Origin: Monocercomonoides exilis PA203
Lineage: Eukaryota > Protista > Preaxostyla
Direction: 5' to 3'
Assembly: GCA_001643675.2 (NCBI GenBank)
Contig: LSRY02000045.1
Span: 558,001 to 622,000 of the forward strand
Length of the DNA stretch: 64,000 nucleotides
This document shows positions 25,181 through 39,039 of the stretch, piece after piece. Position 1 is the first letter of the stretch, and the number at the start of each line of letters is the position of its first letter. Position numbers and translations under genes: made by a program. The notes below the pieces were generated by a model that saw nothing but the letters and a program-made list of their open reading frames with translations, searched no databases and was not told the origin of the DNA.

Positions 25181-26897
25181 ATGATGGATTCCTGCATTTC
25201 CCACCAAAATTCTGCTTCTCCTTTTCATTTACAAAGTGGGTCAATCAACATAGCAAACATGAGTTTGATCCCCCAAGAGAGTCTTAACCCATCCAGCATC
25301 ATATTTGCATCTGATGATTCAAATGTTGCTGTTTTGAGCAATTCTGTCATCACGGACCTGGCTGTTTCAGCTTCAGACAATTTCCTGTTATCAGGAAAGA
25401 GCAAAAGCGAACAGATCATAAATTGTGCCTTCAGGAACATGTCTGTGAAATATGCCTCGAATAGCGATCATTTTGTGGAACATTCATGTTTTCTGAGTTC
25501 GATGGAGAACACACTCATTTGTTCATGTGTGAATGCGTTAAAAGGAGGAATTTCAAGTAGGTCCTATTCTTCTCAAGAATTTATCTGCAAAAACACAACA
25601 ATTAGCAATGGAAAAAGAGAAATGAATGCTCTTGAGAAAAAAGAACAAATGAATTTGACAGATAGCCAATCATTTTCATTGTGCGAATGGGAAGATTGCA
25701 CAGCACCACAAGGAGGCGCTCTTTATGTTCATAACAATGAAAAAGCAATTTTGACAGTTGAAAATTCTTCTTTTGTTAGATGCAATGCTTCATCCACAAG
25801 AGGGGGTGCAATATACACATTGAAAATCGCTGAATGCATTGTGCTTCATTCATCATTTGCTCAATGCACATCAGCAGGAACAACAAATTGTTGAGGAGGA
25901 GGGATTCAAGTTGAATATATTTATACGCAACCGATTATCGATGATTGCTCTTTTCAAAACTGTTTCTCCGGAAACGACGGAGGTGCAATTGACCTCCGTC
26001 AAACAAAAACCAATATCCAGAAGGAATGCATAAAGAATTCAATATTTGACTCTTGCGAAGCGAATCATTCAACCTCCTCAGGTGGAGGTGCAATTCTACA
26101 TTGGTATCCTACGGATAAAGTTGTCATTTCAAACTGCCTATTCCGCAATTGCTATTCAATGTGCGGAGGAGGCGCTGTTGCGCAGGCAATAAATGTGAAT
26201 AATAATGGAATTTTGTTTTTTTTCTGCTTTTTCCACAATAACACGTGTGGAAAATTGGGAAATGATTTATCTCTGCAAAACTCAGCGTCAAATAATATTG
26301 ATTCAACCTGTTATTCAACCAGTAAAGCAACAAACAGAGTTTGTACAAACTTTTATTCAAACGTTGATCACAGTGAATGGCTTAGCAATGATTTTGGAAA
26401 TGTGAGATTTGTCTCATCAGCTGATTCACAACCAAAAGGCAACGACACATATGCTTGTGGAATTTTTGAATCTTATCCATGCAGCACCATCAGTCGTTGC
26501 CTCACACAATTGATTCCAGACTTGGTTCCCATGTTGAAGTTTCTTGGGGAACAATAATCGAAACAAATAGTTTTGGTTGTGGATCTGACACTTTTACTGT
26601 TTATGAACAAAGCAATATGAGCACATCAATCCATACAGAATTTTAAGCATCTGGGCTGTCTCTATTTTCTGTGTCAGAAGGCTCATTGAATGCAAGTGAT
26701 TTTGTTCTTGCGCACAACTCAGCACATGTAAATAATCGAGTCTCAAAACTATTAGAGATAAGTGGAGCAGGATAGATGCATATAAGTGGGCTAAACATAT
26801 CTGCTGGAAGTATGCAATCAGCAAAAACAGCATTTACTACAGAATTGATGAATGTTTTGAACGAGAAGAAAAGATGGGAAATGTTCACTAAACAATG
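25181..26897 (+). pseudogene. Divergent beta-helix-like (GGAL/GGAI repeat) surface protein pseudogene
   Basis: ORFs 25181-25894 and 26159-26557 share a frame across one TGA at 25892 (continues GGGIQV..DGGAIDL..GGGAIL); further frameshifts and stops after ~26520. Confidence 0.7.
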
Positions 26898-27052
26898 ATT
26901 GTTTCCGGGTCATTATTGCTAATGTTATGTTTTACGAACGAAGCATTCCGAATTTTTTGAATTCTGCTTTGATGGAATGGAAAGAACAACTTGGAATGCG
27001 CATGTTGCTTGTAACAAAAGAAAGAGATAGATGCAAATGCATTGGAACAAGA

Positions 27053-28140
27053 TTATGTGGATGAAAATTGAATTGTTGTTCTTTGAACATCCATAACCTC
27101 AGGTTCTCGTGCTGCTGTCCGCGCTGCAAGCTCCTCCAACCGCTCGCACGCAACAAACCCCACAACCCCTGCGATGAGATGCCCGGCCAGCTGGAACAGA
27201 ACACCGCACTTCCCCTCAAAGTCAAACGTGATGTTGTACTCCCGGCAGTTCGAAAAGAACTGCCCGTGCGGCACACGCGACAGCTCCGGCTGGTGGAACA
27301 GCTGAACTATCACAACGCTGCCTGTCGTTGCTGGAGAGAGACAGGCACACGCATGTGCAGAGACGGCAGCGGAGCCTGATGCCGGAAGAGGAGACACTCT
27401 CTGCACACCTACCACCTGGCGCTGTGAGGCCGATCTGCGTGCGCCGCTCGAAGAGCACCGAGGCAGAGCACAGGCAGAATGCGCAAAATCAGAAGACAGA
27501 GCACGCCCATACAAAGCCGCAGTGCCGGCGCGGCGCGGAGGGATGTAGTTTCCAGACGCTATCTCGATGCCCCCCTGCAGAAGATACGATATCCACTGGG
27601 ACGCCGAAAACGCTGCCAGCGGACCCACTGAAAGATCCACCCTACACGTCCACAGCAACTCCCACTCGTCCACAAACACACAATACGAAACACTAAACAC
27701 CCCAATCATTTCTTTCCCGTGGCACACTTGCCCAATCGCATATTTCGCATCCTGCAGAGCGATCGACGGAACACTTTCCTGTTGCACAACCGCCCCTATC
27801 GCAATAAACTCGTCCATCATCTCTCTCTGCCTTTCAGAGTTCAAATGCTGCAATACCTCAACGACGCCAAACACCCACACCCAACCCCTTCTCTTCTCTT
27901 CTCTCTCCTCTTAAACAGCCTCTCCCCAATAAACGTGAAGCTCATTTTTCCATCCCGCTGAATCATTTCTTCTCAACCAACTTCACTACAATTATTACCT
28001 GAACGACACACAGCTCCGCCAGCACCTCTGTTTCCGTCATCGTCACCAGACAGTCCCGCCAACTCCCATTCACACATTATCCTTCAACAATCGCATGCTT
28101 CAGATTCACAGGAACACACAGCAGAAATTTTTCGTCCAGT
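27053..28140 (-). pseudogene. GC-rich gene fragment, possibly a CPSF160/CPSF-A-type beta-propeller C-terminal region
   Basis: 275-aa ORF with segments weakly recalling CPSF160 (GWVWVFGVVEV, AIGQ, ELLWTCRVD, GQFFSNCREYNI); upstream part disrupted. Confidence 0.3.
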
Positions 28141-28239
28141 AATTGGACATCATCATCATCATTTTCTTCGGCTGCATTGCCATAACGCTTTTTTATATTT
28201 CAATAAAACACAAAAAAAATAAAGAAATTAAAAAATAAT

Positions 28240-28360
28240 TTCTTCGCCTTCTTTGCCTTCTTCACCTTCTTCGTCTTCTTCTTCTCCTCCTCCAACTTTA
28301 TCTTTTCCTTCTTCATTTCCTTCTTCCTCCTTCTCTTCTTCCTCTTCTTCTTCTTCTTCC

Positions 28361-28428
<68 letters not shown>

Positions 28429-28520
28429 TTCTTCTTCCTCTTCCTCTTCTTCTTCTTCTTCCTCTTCCTCTTCCTCCTCCTCCTCCTCCTCTTCCTCTTC
28501 CTCTTCTTCCTCAAATTCTT
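28240..28520. repeat. Long (CTT/CCT)n trinucleotide tract
   Basis: Seen directly. Confidence 0.9.
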
Positions 28521-30868
28521 CTTTCAGATAGTTTTCTTCGGATTCGTCATCATCATGTTTTCGTTTTCACGGCTGAAATACGCAAAAAATTTTTTTGACC
28601 TTCTTGGCCATTATCTTTTTTGCCTTCATCGCCTTCAAGTTTGATTTCTTCCTCTTATTCGACTGCATATGATTATTAATCTTCTTCATTTTCATCATCT
28701 TCTTCTTCGGCTTCTGCATTAATGTTTGTTTCGTCCTCTTTCAACTTCATATAAACTCCTTTTTGTTCAGTCTTTTTTCACAAACAGGCGATTGTCCTGC
28801 CCTTCTCCTGCGCCATTGCCCTCGAAACTCTGATACATTGAGCTCTCTCGTCTCTTTCATTCTTCCTCCTCTCAGCAAACAAACACCTCTTTTGTCCACT
28901 TCAAACAACATCATCACACCCAGACAGGCAGCAAAAGGGAAAAATAACATTAATATTGAAATTCTTCAACGAACACACAAACAATAAAGCTCATTTCATT
29001 CCCCCCATTTCCTGTTATTTTGACAAAACCATTCATCATCATCATCATCATCATCATTTCCAACAATCAAAAATGAATGACTCTCTCTTCATTCAAAAAT
29101 AATATTGTTTTTGTCTTCATTCTGCTTCATAGCTGTATTCAACTCATCTGCTCCATCTGCCACATTTTTCGAATGCAAGCCTTTCATTCTTCGTGTGGCC
29201 AAGTCAAGTCTTCTGTCATAAGATTCTATTTGATCGTGTTCATGACAGATTTGGGATGATAAAAGAAAAGAAAGCCCAACTGGATTTATTGTGGCTGAAT
29301 GGGAATATGGACAAGTCAGAAGAGAGGGAGGATGGATTTATGGAGTTTGGACGGAAGATATGTATTTTGAGGAGAAAGCAGGATGTCTTGAAGGGGAAAG
29401 AAACGATAAAATGATATTTTTTTGGGGGAGAAAGAGGTATTTTTGGGAGGTTTTATTGGGAAGATGGATGTGCGGAGGATGGATAGGGATGATGTTTGGA
29501 GGGGTTATTTTTGAGATTTTTATCATTGGGAAGGTGTTTAGACCGTGTTTATTGTTGGAGAAAAGGATTTTGATGTGGAGGAGGTGGGGCGAGGCGAAGG
29601 GGGAGCAGAGGGGAAGAAGATGGGCAGAGTGAATGGAATATATTTATTGGAGGGGAAGATAAAAGATGGAGAGATATGGAAAAGGGATTATTTTTATATG
29701 TACCGAGAGAAGGAGGAGTTCATATGAGGCAGAGCAAAGGGAAAAGATTTTGCTGATGTATGTTTTATAAGAAAGAGAAGCGGGGTTGAAGGGGGAAAAA
29801 AAGTGAGAGAGTTTTTTTTAAATATTTTTATATAACTTATTCTGTGAACCGTTTGGGCGCGCCTCTCATTTGCAGGGCAAGGGATGGAGGCTGAGGTGGA
29901 GGAAGATGGGAAGAAGGAACATCGGGCGCAACACTTTGCATTGTGGGTGTGGGGAAGGATTCGCGACAGGGATGGAGGGAGATGAGGGGCTGACCATGAG
30001 GGGGTGTTTTGCTCAAGAGACATTCAAAGAAATGAAATATTTATTTTTTGATTAGGAGAAGGATGATGGGAAAAGAAGTAACAGGGAGTGAAGGATGTGG
30101 GTGGAGGGGCATTGCTGCTGTTTTGGGGGAAATGTGGAGAAGAAGAAGGTGATGCAGAAGAAAGGGATGGAAAGGGGCTCTTCGGATGGAATATTCTTCA
30201 TTGCTAGTTTTTTTAAAAGAATGGAGCTGGCTGAGTTATTTGAGTGGGAGCAGGACCAAGGATTGTAAATAAACGATTTTGGGGGGCAGAAAGGAAACGA
30301 AGATGGGGCAGATGGGTTTTGTTGGCAAAACGGAGAAAATTTTGGAGGAGGAGAAGAAAATCAGTGAAGAATGATCATCATTAAAAGAATAGGTTTGCCT
30401 TTTTTTATTACGATTTTTCATATATTTTATTTTTTTTTTTATGAAACTAGGATTTTTGCAAGAATGTTCAATGCCAATGAATGAACATGGAATATGGGGA
30501 AAAAGCATATTGGGCGCCTTTAAGAAATCTGGAGATAATAATTGGAGGGCGTTTGGTGGAAGGAGAAGGAGCAAAAATTGAAGCGAATAGAGGAGGAGGT
30601 CTTTGATGATTTTAGAAGACGAGTCGGGTGAATCTTGTTAAAAGCAAAAAGAGAGAGCAGAAAAATTGATGATGCAGCAGAAGAAGGAATTTGGCAAATG
30701 ATTGAAAAGAAAAATATGTTTATAAGAAATTTGAATGAAAGAGATGATTTGAATGAAAAGGAAGAAAAAATGAAAAGAGAATATTTAATGAAAATTTGAA
30801 GAAAAGTTGGAAGAAGGAAGAAGATGAGATATTTTTTTGTGAGGGAGTTATGAAACTCTTCAGTTGAG

Positions 30869-32769
30869 TTGAAAAGGATTGGGCTGATTGGAGATGAAAT
30901 TGGGAGGATTGTGTGTGGAACGAGGGGGAGTGTGGTTGTGGTGAGAGGATGTGGTGTGGGGATGGGGAGAGGCAAGGAGGCAGGGGTGTTTGAGCTGGGC
31001 GGGTGCAGAGGGGTGTTTTGGAACATCACGCTGAGAGGGATTGGAAGGGGAGGAAATGTGTGTGGGAGGCTGTTTGGAGGAGAGGGGAGGATGGGGCAGA
31101 CGAGGAGTGAGAGAGAAGGTGGGGGAGGAAGAGGAAGAGTCGGATGGGGAAGAGGAAGCGGAAGAGATGAAGGAGGAGAGAGAGGAGGACAACGAGGAGG
31201 AGGAGGAAGAAGAGGTGGAGAAGGAAGAGGAGAAGGAAGCGAAGAAGAAAGTGAAGGAGGAGGGAGTGTATTGGTGAGTGAATCAGATTTCTCATCTTTT
31301 TGTGTGTCTTCAGCCCCGTTTCTGGCACCTCCCTGACACCCCTTGTGACACTCACCCAGCTGACCTTCTTCAACATCTCCACAAATCCACTGAAAGCAAC
31401 ACATTTGGCTGAAGGGCCGAGCCAAAGAGTGTTTCTGATGAGTGGATGTGAATTTGTGTCAGTGTGGGATGTGTATGATGGGGGCATTATCCCTTCACTC
31501 AACAGCCCCTCATCGTCATTGGCTGCCTCGAACACCTCGTTTGTCGGGTGCTATCGGTCTCAGAATGTTGAAATCAGTGGGAGTGAGGGGAATCCATCGA
31601 AGCCAGCGAGACAGCAAATTTCTACAGATTTAACGAATTCGTTCACTTGGTGCGTGTGGAATGGGTCAAAAACCACTGGGACAAGTGGATCTTATACAGA
31701 TGGAGTTTCGAGTGGAGGGGCGATTAACATGTATAGCAAGACATCAGGAACACTTTCAGTGAAGTTTTGTTCGTTCAATGACTGCTATGCGCATTATGCT
31801 GGGGGAGGAATTATGTGTCATACAATAAATACAATCAAAATCGAAAACAACTCATTCAATGCATGTACCGCTCAAAAAGATTACGGAGGAGGAATGTATG
31901 CTTATTCGATTTCTTCGTGTGTCAAGGTCAGTGGCTGTGAATTTAAGAAATGCAAAGCAAGTTACGATGGAGGAGGATTATTTCTCCAATCTTTTAATGT
32001 TTCTGGATCTTCATGTGTTGGAACGGAAAATGGCAAAGGGGAAAGTGCTTGTGTATTTGAGTGCTCATTTACTTCGTGTTCTCTGACAAATTCTTATGGC
32101 GGAGGGATGTATTGCCAAAGTGTTCCAGCAGCATTCAAGATGAGGAGCCTCCAATTTATTTCGTGCTCGGCATATTCATATGGCGGAGGATTGGATTTCA
32201 GGCCATATCAATCAACAGCCCCAAGTTACAATCAATATTGCTATTTCTTCTTCTTCCACGATTGCCGTTGCAGTAATTCCACTCCATATGGCCACGATGT
32301 GTATTTTGAAGATTATTACAATCACTTTTCTTCGAATAACCCGTTCTATGAATCGTATACAACGAATAGCAATGATAAGAGAGTGTGTTATGCTTATTTG
32401 CAATCAAGCAGTTGGAAATATCAGGAAACACAAAAGAAGGGATGGTTGAAGGAAGGGATGAAAGATCGATATGTTGGGGTAGGTGGGAATGACGCAAACA
32501 ATCTGTGTGGAATGAGTGAGGCAGCACCGTGCAAGACAGTGGGGCATGCAGTGGGGTCGAGCATGGCGCAGCTGAGCTCGACAATCACGTTGCTGGGTGG
32601 AAGGCATGTGAGCGAAGGGACAACAATCAGTGTTGGGGAAAAGAAGATTTCAGTTGTTGGGAAAGGGAAAGCAGCGAATGTGATTGGGACAAGTGCGCTT
32701 TCTACCTCTTCGACAACGCTGTTCAGCATATCTTCTGGTCAACTGGAGGTGGGGCATGAGACAAGTTAG
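30869..32769 (+). pseudogene. Truncated surface-protein cassette, palindrome 2 left arm (1-nt deletion near 31331)
   Basis: ORFs 30869-31336 and 31300-32769 together correspond to the 633-aa right-arm ORF; CCC versus CCCC. Confidence 0.85.
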
Positions 32770-35166
32770 AAACGGGATGGCAAGCAAAAGAAGAAGAATG
32801 ATGAGAATGACGAAGAAATCTAGTTGAAGCATTTTTGCAGAAATGAAGGATTTAGTTGAGAAAAAGGAGATGAATATAAAAAATGTGGATTTGTAGATAG
32901 CTTTTATTGAGTATTTTGTTGAAACGGGAATAAAGAACAAATCAGCCAACTTTTCTCCTACCACAGAAACCAGCAGTTCAATTTATCAACGTCGCTTTGC
33001 CAGGAAAAATAAATAAATAAATAAAAATTTCCTCAACTTAAAAAAGAAAAATTTTTTGTATCACTTATTTTGCAATTCACGAGACATATAGGAAAAAGCA
33101 GTTTGACTTCTTGAGAGAAACGAATATTTTTGTTATTTTTTTCCAAAGAAAAAGAAAAGAGAGTGCTAACCTGTCGAAGTGTTGTTCATGTGCATCAATG
33201 ATGTTTGGGATAAAAAATTAATTCTTTTTTTAATTGGCTTGTTTGCTTGTCTTCAGCAATTTCATAAATGTGGAAATGTTTATTGTGCAAAAATTATTAG
33301 TTGAACAAATATATTGGAACAACAAACTTATTTAGAAAAAAAAAAAATAACCATTTGACATTGTTATTTTCACTTTTTCGGATAAACTCTCAGTGTTTCT
33401 TGAATACTTTCAAATCGAAATTTTTTTACAGAAAACAAATGATTTCAAAAAAAAAAAAAATTAACTGTCGATTGAAAAATATGAATTATTTTTTTGTTTT
33501 ATAACTGTTCTTTTCTTTTCAAGATATATTTCTCACACAATCATGCTGTGCTATGTTCAAGATGAGATTATTTATTCAGCATAGTTTTATTCTTTATTTT
33601 TCCAACATATTCGTGTTGTTGGATGAAGAAGCCATGGGGATATGATTGTGACTGATTTTTGAATACAACCAGGTTTATCATTTTATTCTGACCTTTATTT
33701 ACATGGGTAATTATTTATGAAAAATCACAAAATACTTGTCATTTTTTCTTTTTGAAATGTTTTTCATTCATTTCATTTCCTTATGTTACTCATGCTTCAT
33801 AAATGAGTTTGTCACAATTTATTTTGAATCAACAACAACGAAACTTGCTTGTCAATGATTTGGGTGATCATTTTTGAAGTCATAACTTTTTTGATGATGT
33901 TATTTATTAAGATATTTCAGTTGGAAACAAAGATTTTGTTATTCTCAAAGCACTTTATCAAAATTGTTTTTGAAATTTGTTGAATTTAATTTCATACTAA
34001 ATCCACCATTGATGAATATTTTATGATAAACGTTCGAAAGAAAATGTGATTTCAAAAATAATCACCCAAATCATTGATAAGCAGGTTTCGTTGTTGTTGA
34101 TTCAAAATAAATTGTGACAAACTCATTTGTGAAGCATGTGACAAAAGGAAATGAAATGAATGAAAAACATTTCAAAAAGAAAAAATGACAAGTATTTTGT
34201 GATTTTTCATAAATAATTACCCATGTAAATAAAGGTCAGAATAAAATGATAAACCTGGTTGTATTCAAAAATCAGTCACAATCATATCCCCATGGCTTCT
34301 TCATCCAACAACACGAATATGTTGGAAAAATAAAGAATAAAACTATGCTGAATAAATAATCTCATCTTGAACATAGCACAGCATGATTGTGTGAGAAATA
34401 TATCTTGAAAAGAAAAGAACAGTTATAAAACAAAAAAATAATTCATATTTTTCAATCGACAGTTAATTTTTTTTTTTTTTGAAATCATTTGTTTTCTGTA
34501 AAAAAATTTCGATTTGAAAGTATTCAAGAAACACTGAGAGTTTATCCGAAAAAGTGAAAATAACAATGTCAAATGGTTATTTTTTTTTTTTCTAAATAAG
34601 TTTGTTGTTCCAATATATTTGTTCAACTAATAATTTTTGCACAATAAACATTTCCACATTTATTAAATTGCTGAAGACAAGCAAACAAGCCAATTAAAAA
34701 AAAGAAATAATTTTTTATCCCGAACATCATTGATGCACATGAACAACACTTCGACAGGTTAGCACTCTCTTTTCTTTTTCTTTGAGAAAAAAATAAACAA
34801 AAATATTCGTTTCTCTCCAGAAGTCAAACTGCTTTTTCCCATATGTCTCGTGAATTGCAAAATAAGTGATACAAAATTTTTTTTCTTTTTTAAGTCGAGG
34901 AAATATTTATTTATTTATTTATTTTTTTTTTCCCGGCAAAGCTACGTTGACAAATCGAACTGTTTATTTCTGTAGCGGAGGAAAAGTTGGCTGATTTGCT
35001 CTTTATTCTCTTCTCAGCAAAATACTCAATAAAAGCTATTTGCAATTCCACACTTTTTATATTCATCTCCTTTTTCTCATCTGAATCCTTTATTTCTGCA
35101 AAAATACTTCAACTACATTTCTTCGTCATTCTCATCATTCTTCTTCTTTTGCTTGCCATCCCATCT

Positions 35167-37068
35167 CTAACCTGTCTCATGCCCCACCTCCAGTTGGCCA
35201 GATGATATGCTGAACAGCATTGTCGAAGAGGTCGAAAGAGAATTCGTCCCAATAACACTCACTGTCTTCCCTCTCCCTGTTATTATTATCTTCTTTTCCC
35301 CAACACTGATTGTTGTCCCTTCGCTCACATGCCTTCCACCCAGCAACGTGATTGTCGAGCTCAGCTGCGCCATGCTCGACCCCACTGCATGCCCCACTGT
35401 CTTGCACGGTGCTGCCTCACTCATTCCACACAGATTGTTTGCGTCATTCCCACCTACCCCAACATATCGATCTTTCATCCCTTCCTTCAACCATCCCTTC
35501 TTTTGTGTTTCCTGATATTTCCAACTGCTTGATTGCAAATAAGCATAACACACTCTCTTATCATTGCTATTCGTTGTATACGATTCATAGAACGGGTTAT
35601 TCGAAGAAAAGTGATTGTAATAATCTTCAAAATACACATCGTGGCCATATGGAGTGGAATTACTGCAACGGCAATCGTGGAAGAAGAAGAAATAGCAATA
35701 TTGATTGTAACTTGGGGCTGTTGATTGATATGGCCTGAAATCCAATCCTCCGCCATATGAATATGCCGAGCACGAAATAAATTGGAGGCTCCTCATCTTG
35801 AATGCTGCTGGAACACTTTGGCAATACATCCCTCCGCCATAAGAATTTGTCAGAGAACACGAAGTAAATGAGCACTCAAATACACAAGCACTTTCCCCTT
35901 TGCCATTTTCCGTTCCAACACATGAAGATCCAGAAACATTAAAAGATTGGAGAAATAATCCTCCTCCATCGTAACTTGCTTTGCATTTCTTAAATTCACA
36001 GCCACTGACCTTGACACACGAAGAAATCGAATAAGCATACATTCCTCCTCCGTAATCTTTTTGAGCGGTACATGCATTGAATGAGTTGTTTTCGATTTTG
36101 ATTGTATTTATTGTATGACACATAATTCCTCCCCCAGCATAATGCGCATAGCAGTCATTGAACGAACAAAACTTCACTGAAAGTGTTCCTGATGTCTTGC
36201 TATACATGTTAATCGCCCCTCCACTCGAAACTCCATCTGTATAAGATCCACTTGTCCCAGTGGTTTTTGACCCATTCCACACGCACCAAGTGAACGAATT
36301 CGTTAAATCTGTAGAAATTTGCTGTCTCGCTGGCTTCGATGGATTCCCCTCACTCCCACTGATTTCAACATTCTGAGACCGATAGCACCCGACAAACGAG
36401 GTGTTCGAGGCAGCCAATGACGATGAGGGGCTGTTGAGTGAAGGGATAATGCCCCCATCATACACATCCCACACTGACACAAATTCACATCCACTCATCA
36501 GAAACACTCTTTGGCTCGGCCCTTCAGCCAAATGTGTTGCTTTCAGTGGATTTGTGGAGATGTTGAAGAAGGTCAGCTGGGTGAGTGTCACAAGGGGTGT
36601 CAGGGGAGGTGCCAGAAACGGGGCTGAAGACACACAAAAAGATGAGAAATCTGATTCACTCACCAATACACTCCCTCCTCCTTCACTTTCTTCTTCGCTT
36701 CCTTCTCCTCTTCCTTCTCCACCTCTTCTTCCTCCTCCTCCTCGTTGTCCTCCTCTCTCTCCTCCTTCATCTCTTCCGCTTCCTCTTCCCCATCCGACTC
36801 TTCCTCTTCCTCCCCCACCTTCTCTCTCACTCCTCGTCTGCCCCATCCTCCCCTCTCCTCCAAACAGCCTCCCACACACATTTCCTCCCCTTCCAATCCC
36901 TCTCAGCGTGATGTTCCAAAACACCCCTCTGCACCCGCCCAGCTCAAACACCCCTGCCTCCTTGCCTCTCCCCATCCCCACACCACATCCTCTCACCACA
37001 ACCACACTCCCCCTCGTTCCACACACAATCCTCCCAATTTCATCTCCAATCAGCCCAATCCTTTTCAA
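35167..37068 (-). CDS. Truncated surface-protein cassette, palindrome 2 right arm (open 633 aa, no TM, start uncertain)
   Basis: Homolog of the N-terminus of 13296-22100; ends at GQLEVGHETG. Confidence 0.7.
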   Translation of the reverse strand: MKRIGLIGDEIGRIVCGTRGSVVVVRGCGVGMGRGKEAGVFELGGCRGVFWNITLRGIGRGGNVCGRLFGGEGRMGQTRSEREGGGGRGRVGWGRGSGRDEGGERGGQRGGGGRRGGEGRGEGSEEESEGGGSVLVSESDFSSFCVSSAPFLAPPLTPLVTLTQLTFFNISTNPLKATHLAEGPSQRVFLMSGCEFVSVWDVYDGGIIPSLNSPSSSLAASNTSFVGCYRSQNVEISGSEGNPSKPARQQISTDLTNSFTWCVWNGSKTTGTSGSYTDGVSSGGAINMYSKTSGTLSVKFCSFNDCYAHYAGGGIMCHTINTIKIENNSFNACTAQKDYGGGMYAYSISSCVKVSGCEFKKCKASYDGGGLFLQSFNVSGSSCVGTENGKGESACVFECSFTSCSLTNSYGGGMYCQSVPAAFKMRSLQFISCSAYSYGGGLDFRPYQSTAPSYNQYCYFFFFHDCRCSNSTPYGHDVYFEDYYNHFSSNNPFYESYTTNSNDKRVCYAYLQSSSWKYQETQKKGWLKEGMKDRYVGVGGNDANNLCGMSEAAPCKTVGHAVGSSMAQLSSTITLLGGRHVSEGTTISVGEKKIIITGRGKTVSVIGTNSLSTSSTMLFSISSGQLEVGHETG

Positions 37069-38275
37069 CTCAACTGAAGAGTTTCATAACTCCCTCACAA
37101 AAAAATATCTCATCTTCTTCCTTCTTCCAACTTTTCTTCAAATTTTCATTAAATATTCTCTTTTCATTTTTTCTTCCTTTTCATTCAAATCATCTCTTTC
37201 ATTCAAATTTCTTATAAACATATTTTTCTTTTCAATCATTTGCCAAATTCCTTCTTCTGCTGCATCATCAATTTTTCTGCTCTCTCTTTTTGCTTTTAAC
37301 AAGATTCACCCGACTCGTCTTCTAAAATCATCAAAGACCTCCTCCTCTATTCGCTTCAATTTTTGCTCCTTCTCCTTCCACCAAACGCCCTCCAATTATT
37401 ATCTCCAGATTTCTTAAAGGCGCCCAATATGCTTTTTCCCCATATTCCATGTTCATTCATTGGCATTGAACATTCTTGCAAAAATCCTAGTTTCATAAAA
37501 AAAAAATAAAATATATGAAAAATCGTAATAAAAAAAGGCAAACCTATTCTTTTAATGATGATCATTCTTCACTGATTTTCTTCTCCTCCTCCAAAATTTT
37601 CTCCGTTTTGCCAACAAAACCCATCTGCCCCATCTTCGTTTCCTTTCTGCCCCCAAAATCGTTTATTTACAATCCTTGGTCCTGCTCCCACTCAAATAAC
37701 TCAGCCAGCTCCATTCTTTTTAAAAAAACTAGCAATGAAGAATATTCCATCCGAAGAGCCCCTTTCCATCCCTTTCTTCTGCATCACCTTCTTCTTCTCC
37801 ACATTTCCCCCAAAACAGCAGCAATGCCCCTCCACCCACATCCTTCACTCCCTGTTACTTCTTTTCCCATCATCCTTCTCCTAATCAAAAAATAAATATT
37901 TCATTTCTTTGAATGTCTCTTGAGCAAAACACCCCCTCATGGTCAGCCCCTCATCTCCCTCCATCCCTGTCGCGAATCCTTCCCCACACCCACAATGCAA
38001 AGTGTTGCGCCCGATGTTCCTTCTTCCCATCTTCCTCCACCTCAGCCTCCATCCCTTGCCCTGCAAATGAGAGGCGCGCCCAAACGGTTCACAGAATAAG
38101 TTATATAAAAATATTTAAAAAAAACTCTCTCACTTTTTTTCCCCCTTCAACCCCGCTTCTCTTTCTTATAAAACATACATCAGCAAAATCTTTTCCCTTT
38201 GCTCTGCCTCATATGAACTCCTCCTTCTCTCGGTACATATAAAAATAATCCCTTTTCCATATCTCTCCATCTTTT

Positions 38276-39039
38276 ATCTTCCACTCCAATAATAATATTC
38301 CATTCGCCACATCCATCTTCTTCCCCTCTGCTCCCCCTTCGCCTCGCCCCACCTCCTCCACATCAAAATCCTTTTCTCCAATAATTAACACAACCCCCGC
38401 TCCTTCCCAATGACAAAAATCTCAAAAATAACCCCTCCCAACCTCATCCCAATCCATCTCCCACACATCCATTTTGCCTCTTAAATCTCATAAAAACACC
38501 TCTTTCTCTCTCCTCAAAAAAAAATCTTCCTTTTATCGTTCCTTTCCCCTCCAAAACGTTGTTTCTCCACAAACACTCAAATCCTTCCTCAAGCACAATA
38601 AATCCATTCTTTTGTAATCACGTTGTCTTCATGTGCCCATTCAGCCACAGCGCATCGTGTTGTGCCCCTTTTCTGAATCCGCCCCAAATCTGTTATGGAG
38701 ACGATCAAGCCAAGCCAAATTCAACAAAAGTGGCACAACCACCCGCAGAGCGGAAGTTCCATGCACTCAAAATATGGCAGCTGGAATGGGCGAGTTTTAT
38801 GCAGCGATGAGGCAGATAGGACTGCAACTGTGTTTTTCTGAGGGAAGTGAACGCTGAATATTCTGACTGCTGGAAGGCGTGTTGGAGCACGAGCTTCCGC
38901 AGCACCACCGAAAAGAGGGGCAGTTTGTGCTTTATTTTTTGTTTGTGCTTATCAAAGAATTTTATTTTTATTTTTATTTTCATAATTGAAAAGGCGTGAT
39001 GATATTGTTCGAAATTGACAAATGACAAATTCATTCGAT
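38276..39039 (+). repeat. ~764-bp direct repeat, copy 2
   Basis: Matches 5791-6554. Confidence 0.95.

Larger units (their letters stand above)
29335..38610. repeat. Palindrome 2: ~4.5-kb arms, spacer ~33884-34046
   Basis: Mirror ORF pairs (33301/34626, 31442/36494, 29870/38066); near-identical from 29655/38281 inward except ~32645-33300; diverged homology continues outward. Confidence 0.96.

Noticed and set aside
25892-25894. TGA readthrough or alternative genetic code
   Set aside because: The same gene has further frameshifts and stops, and TGA terminates the ABC gene; pseudogenisation is simpler.
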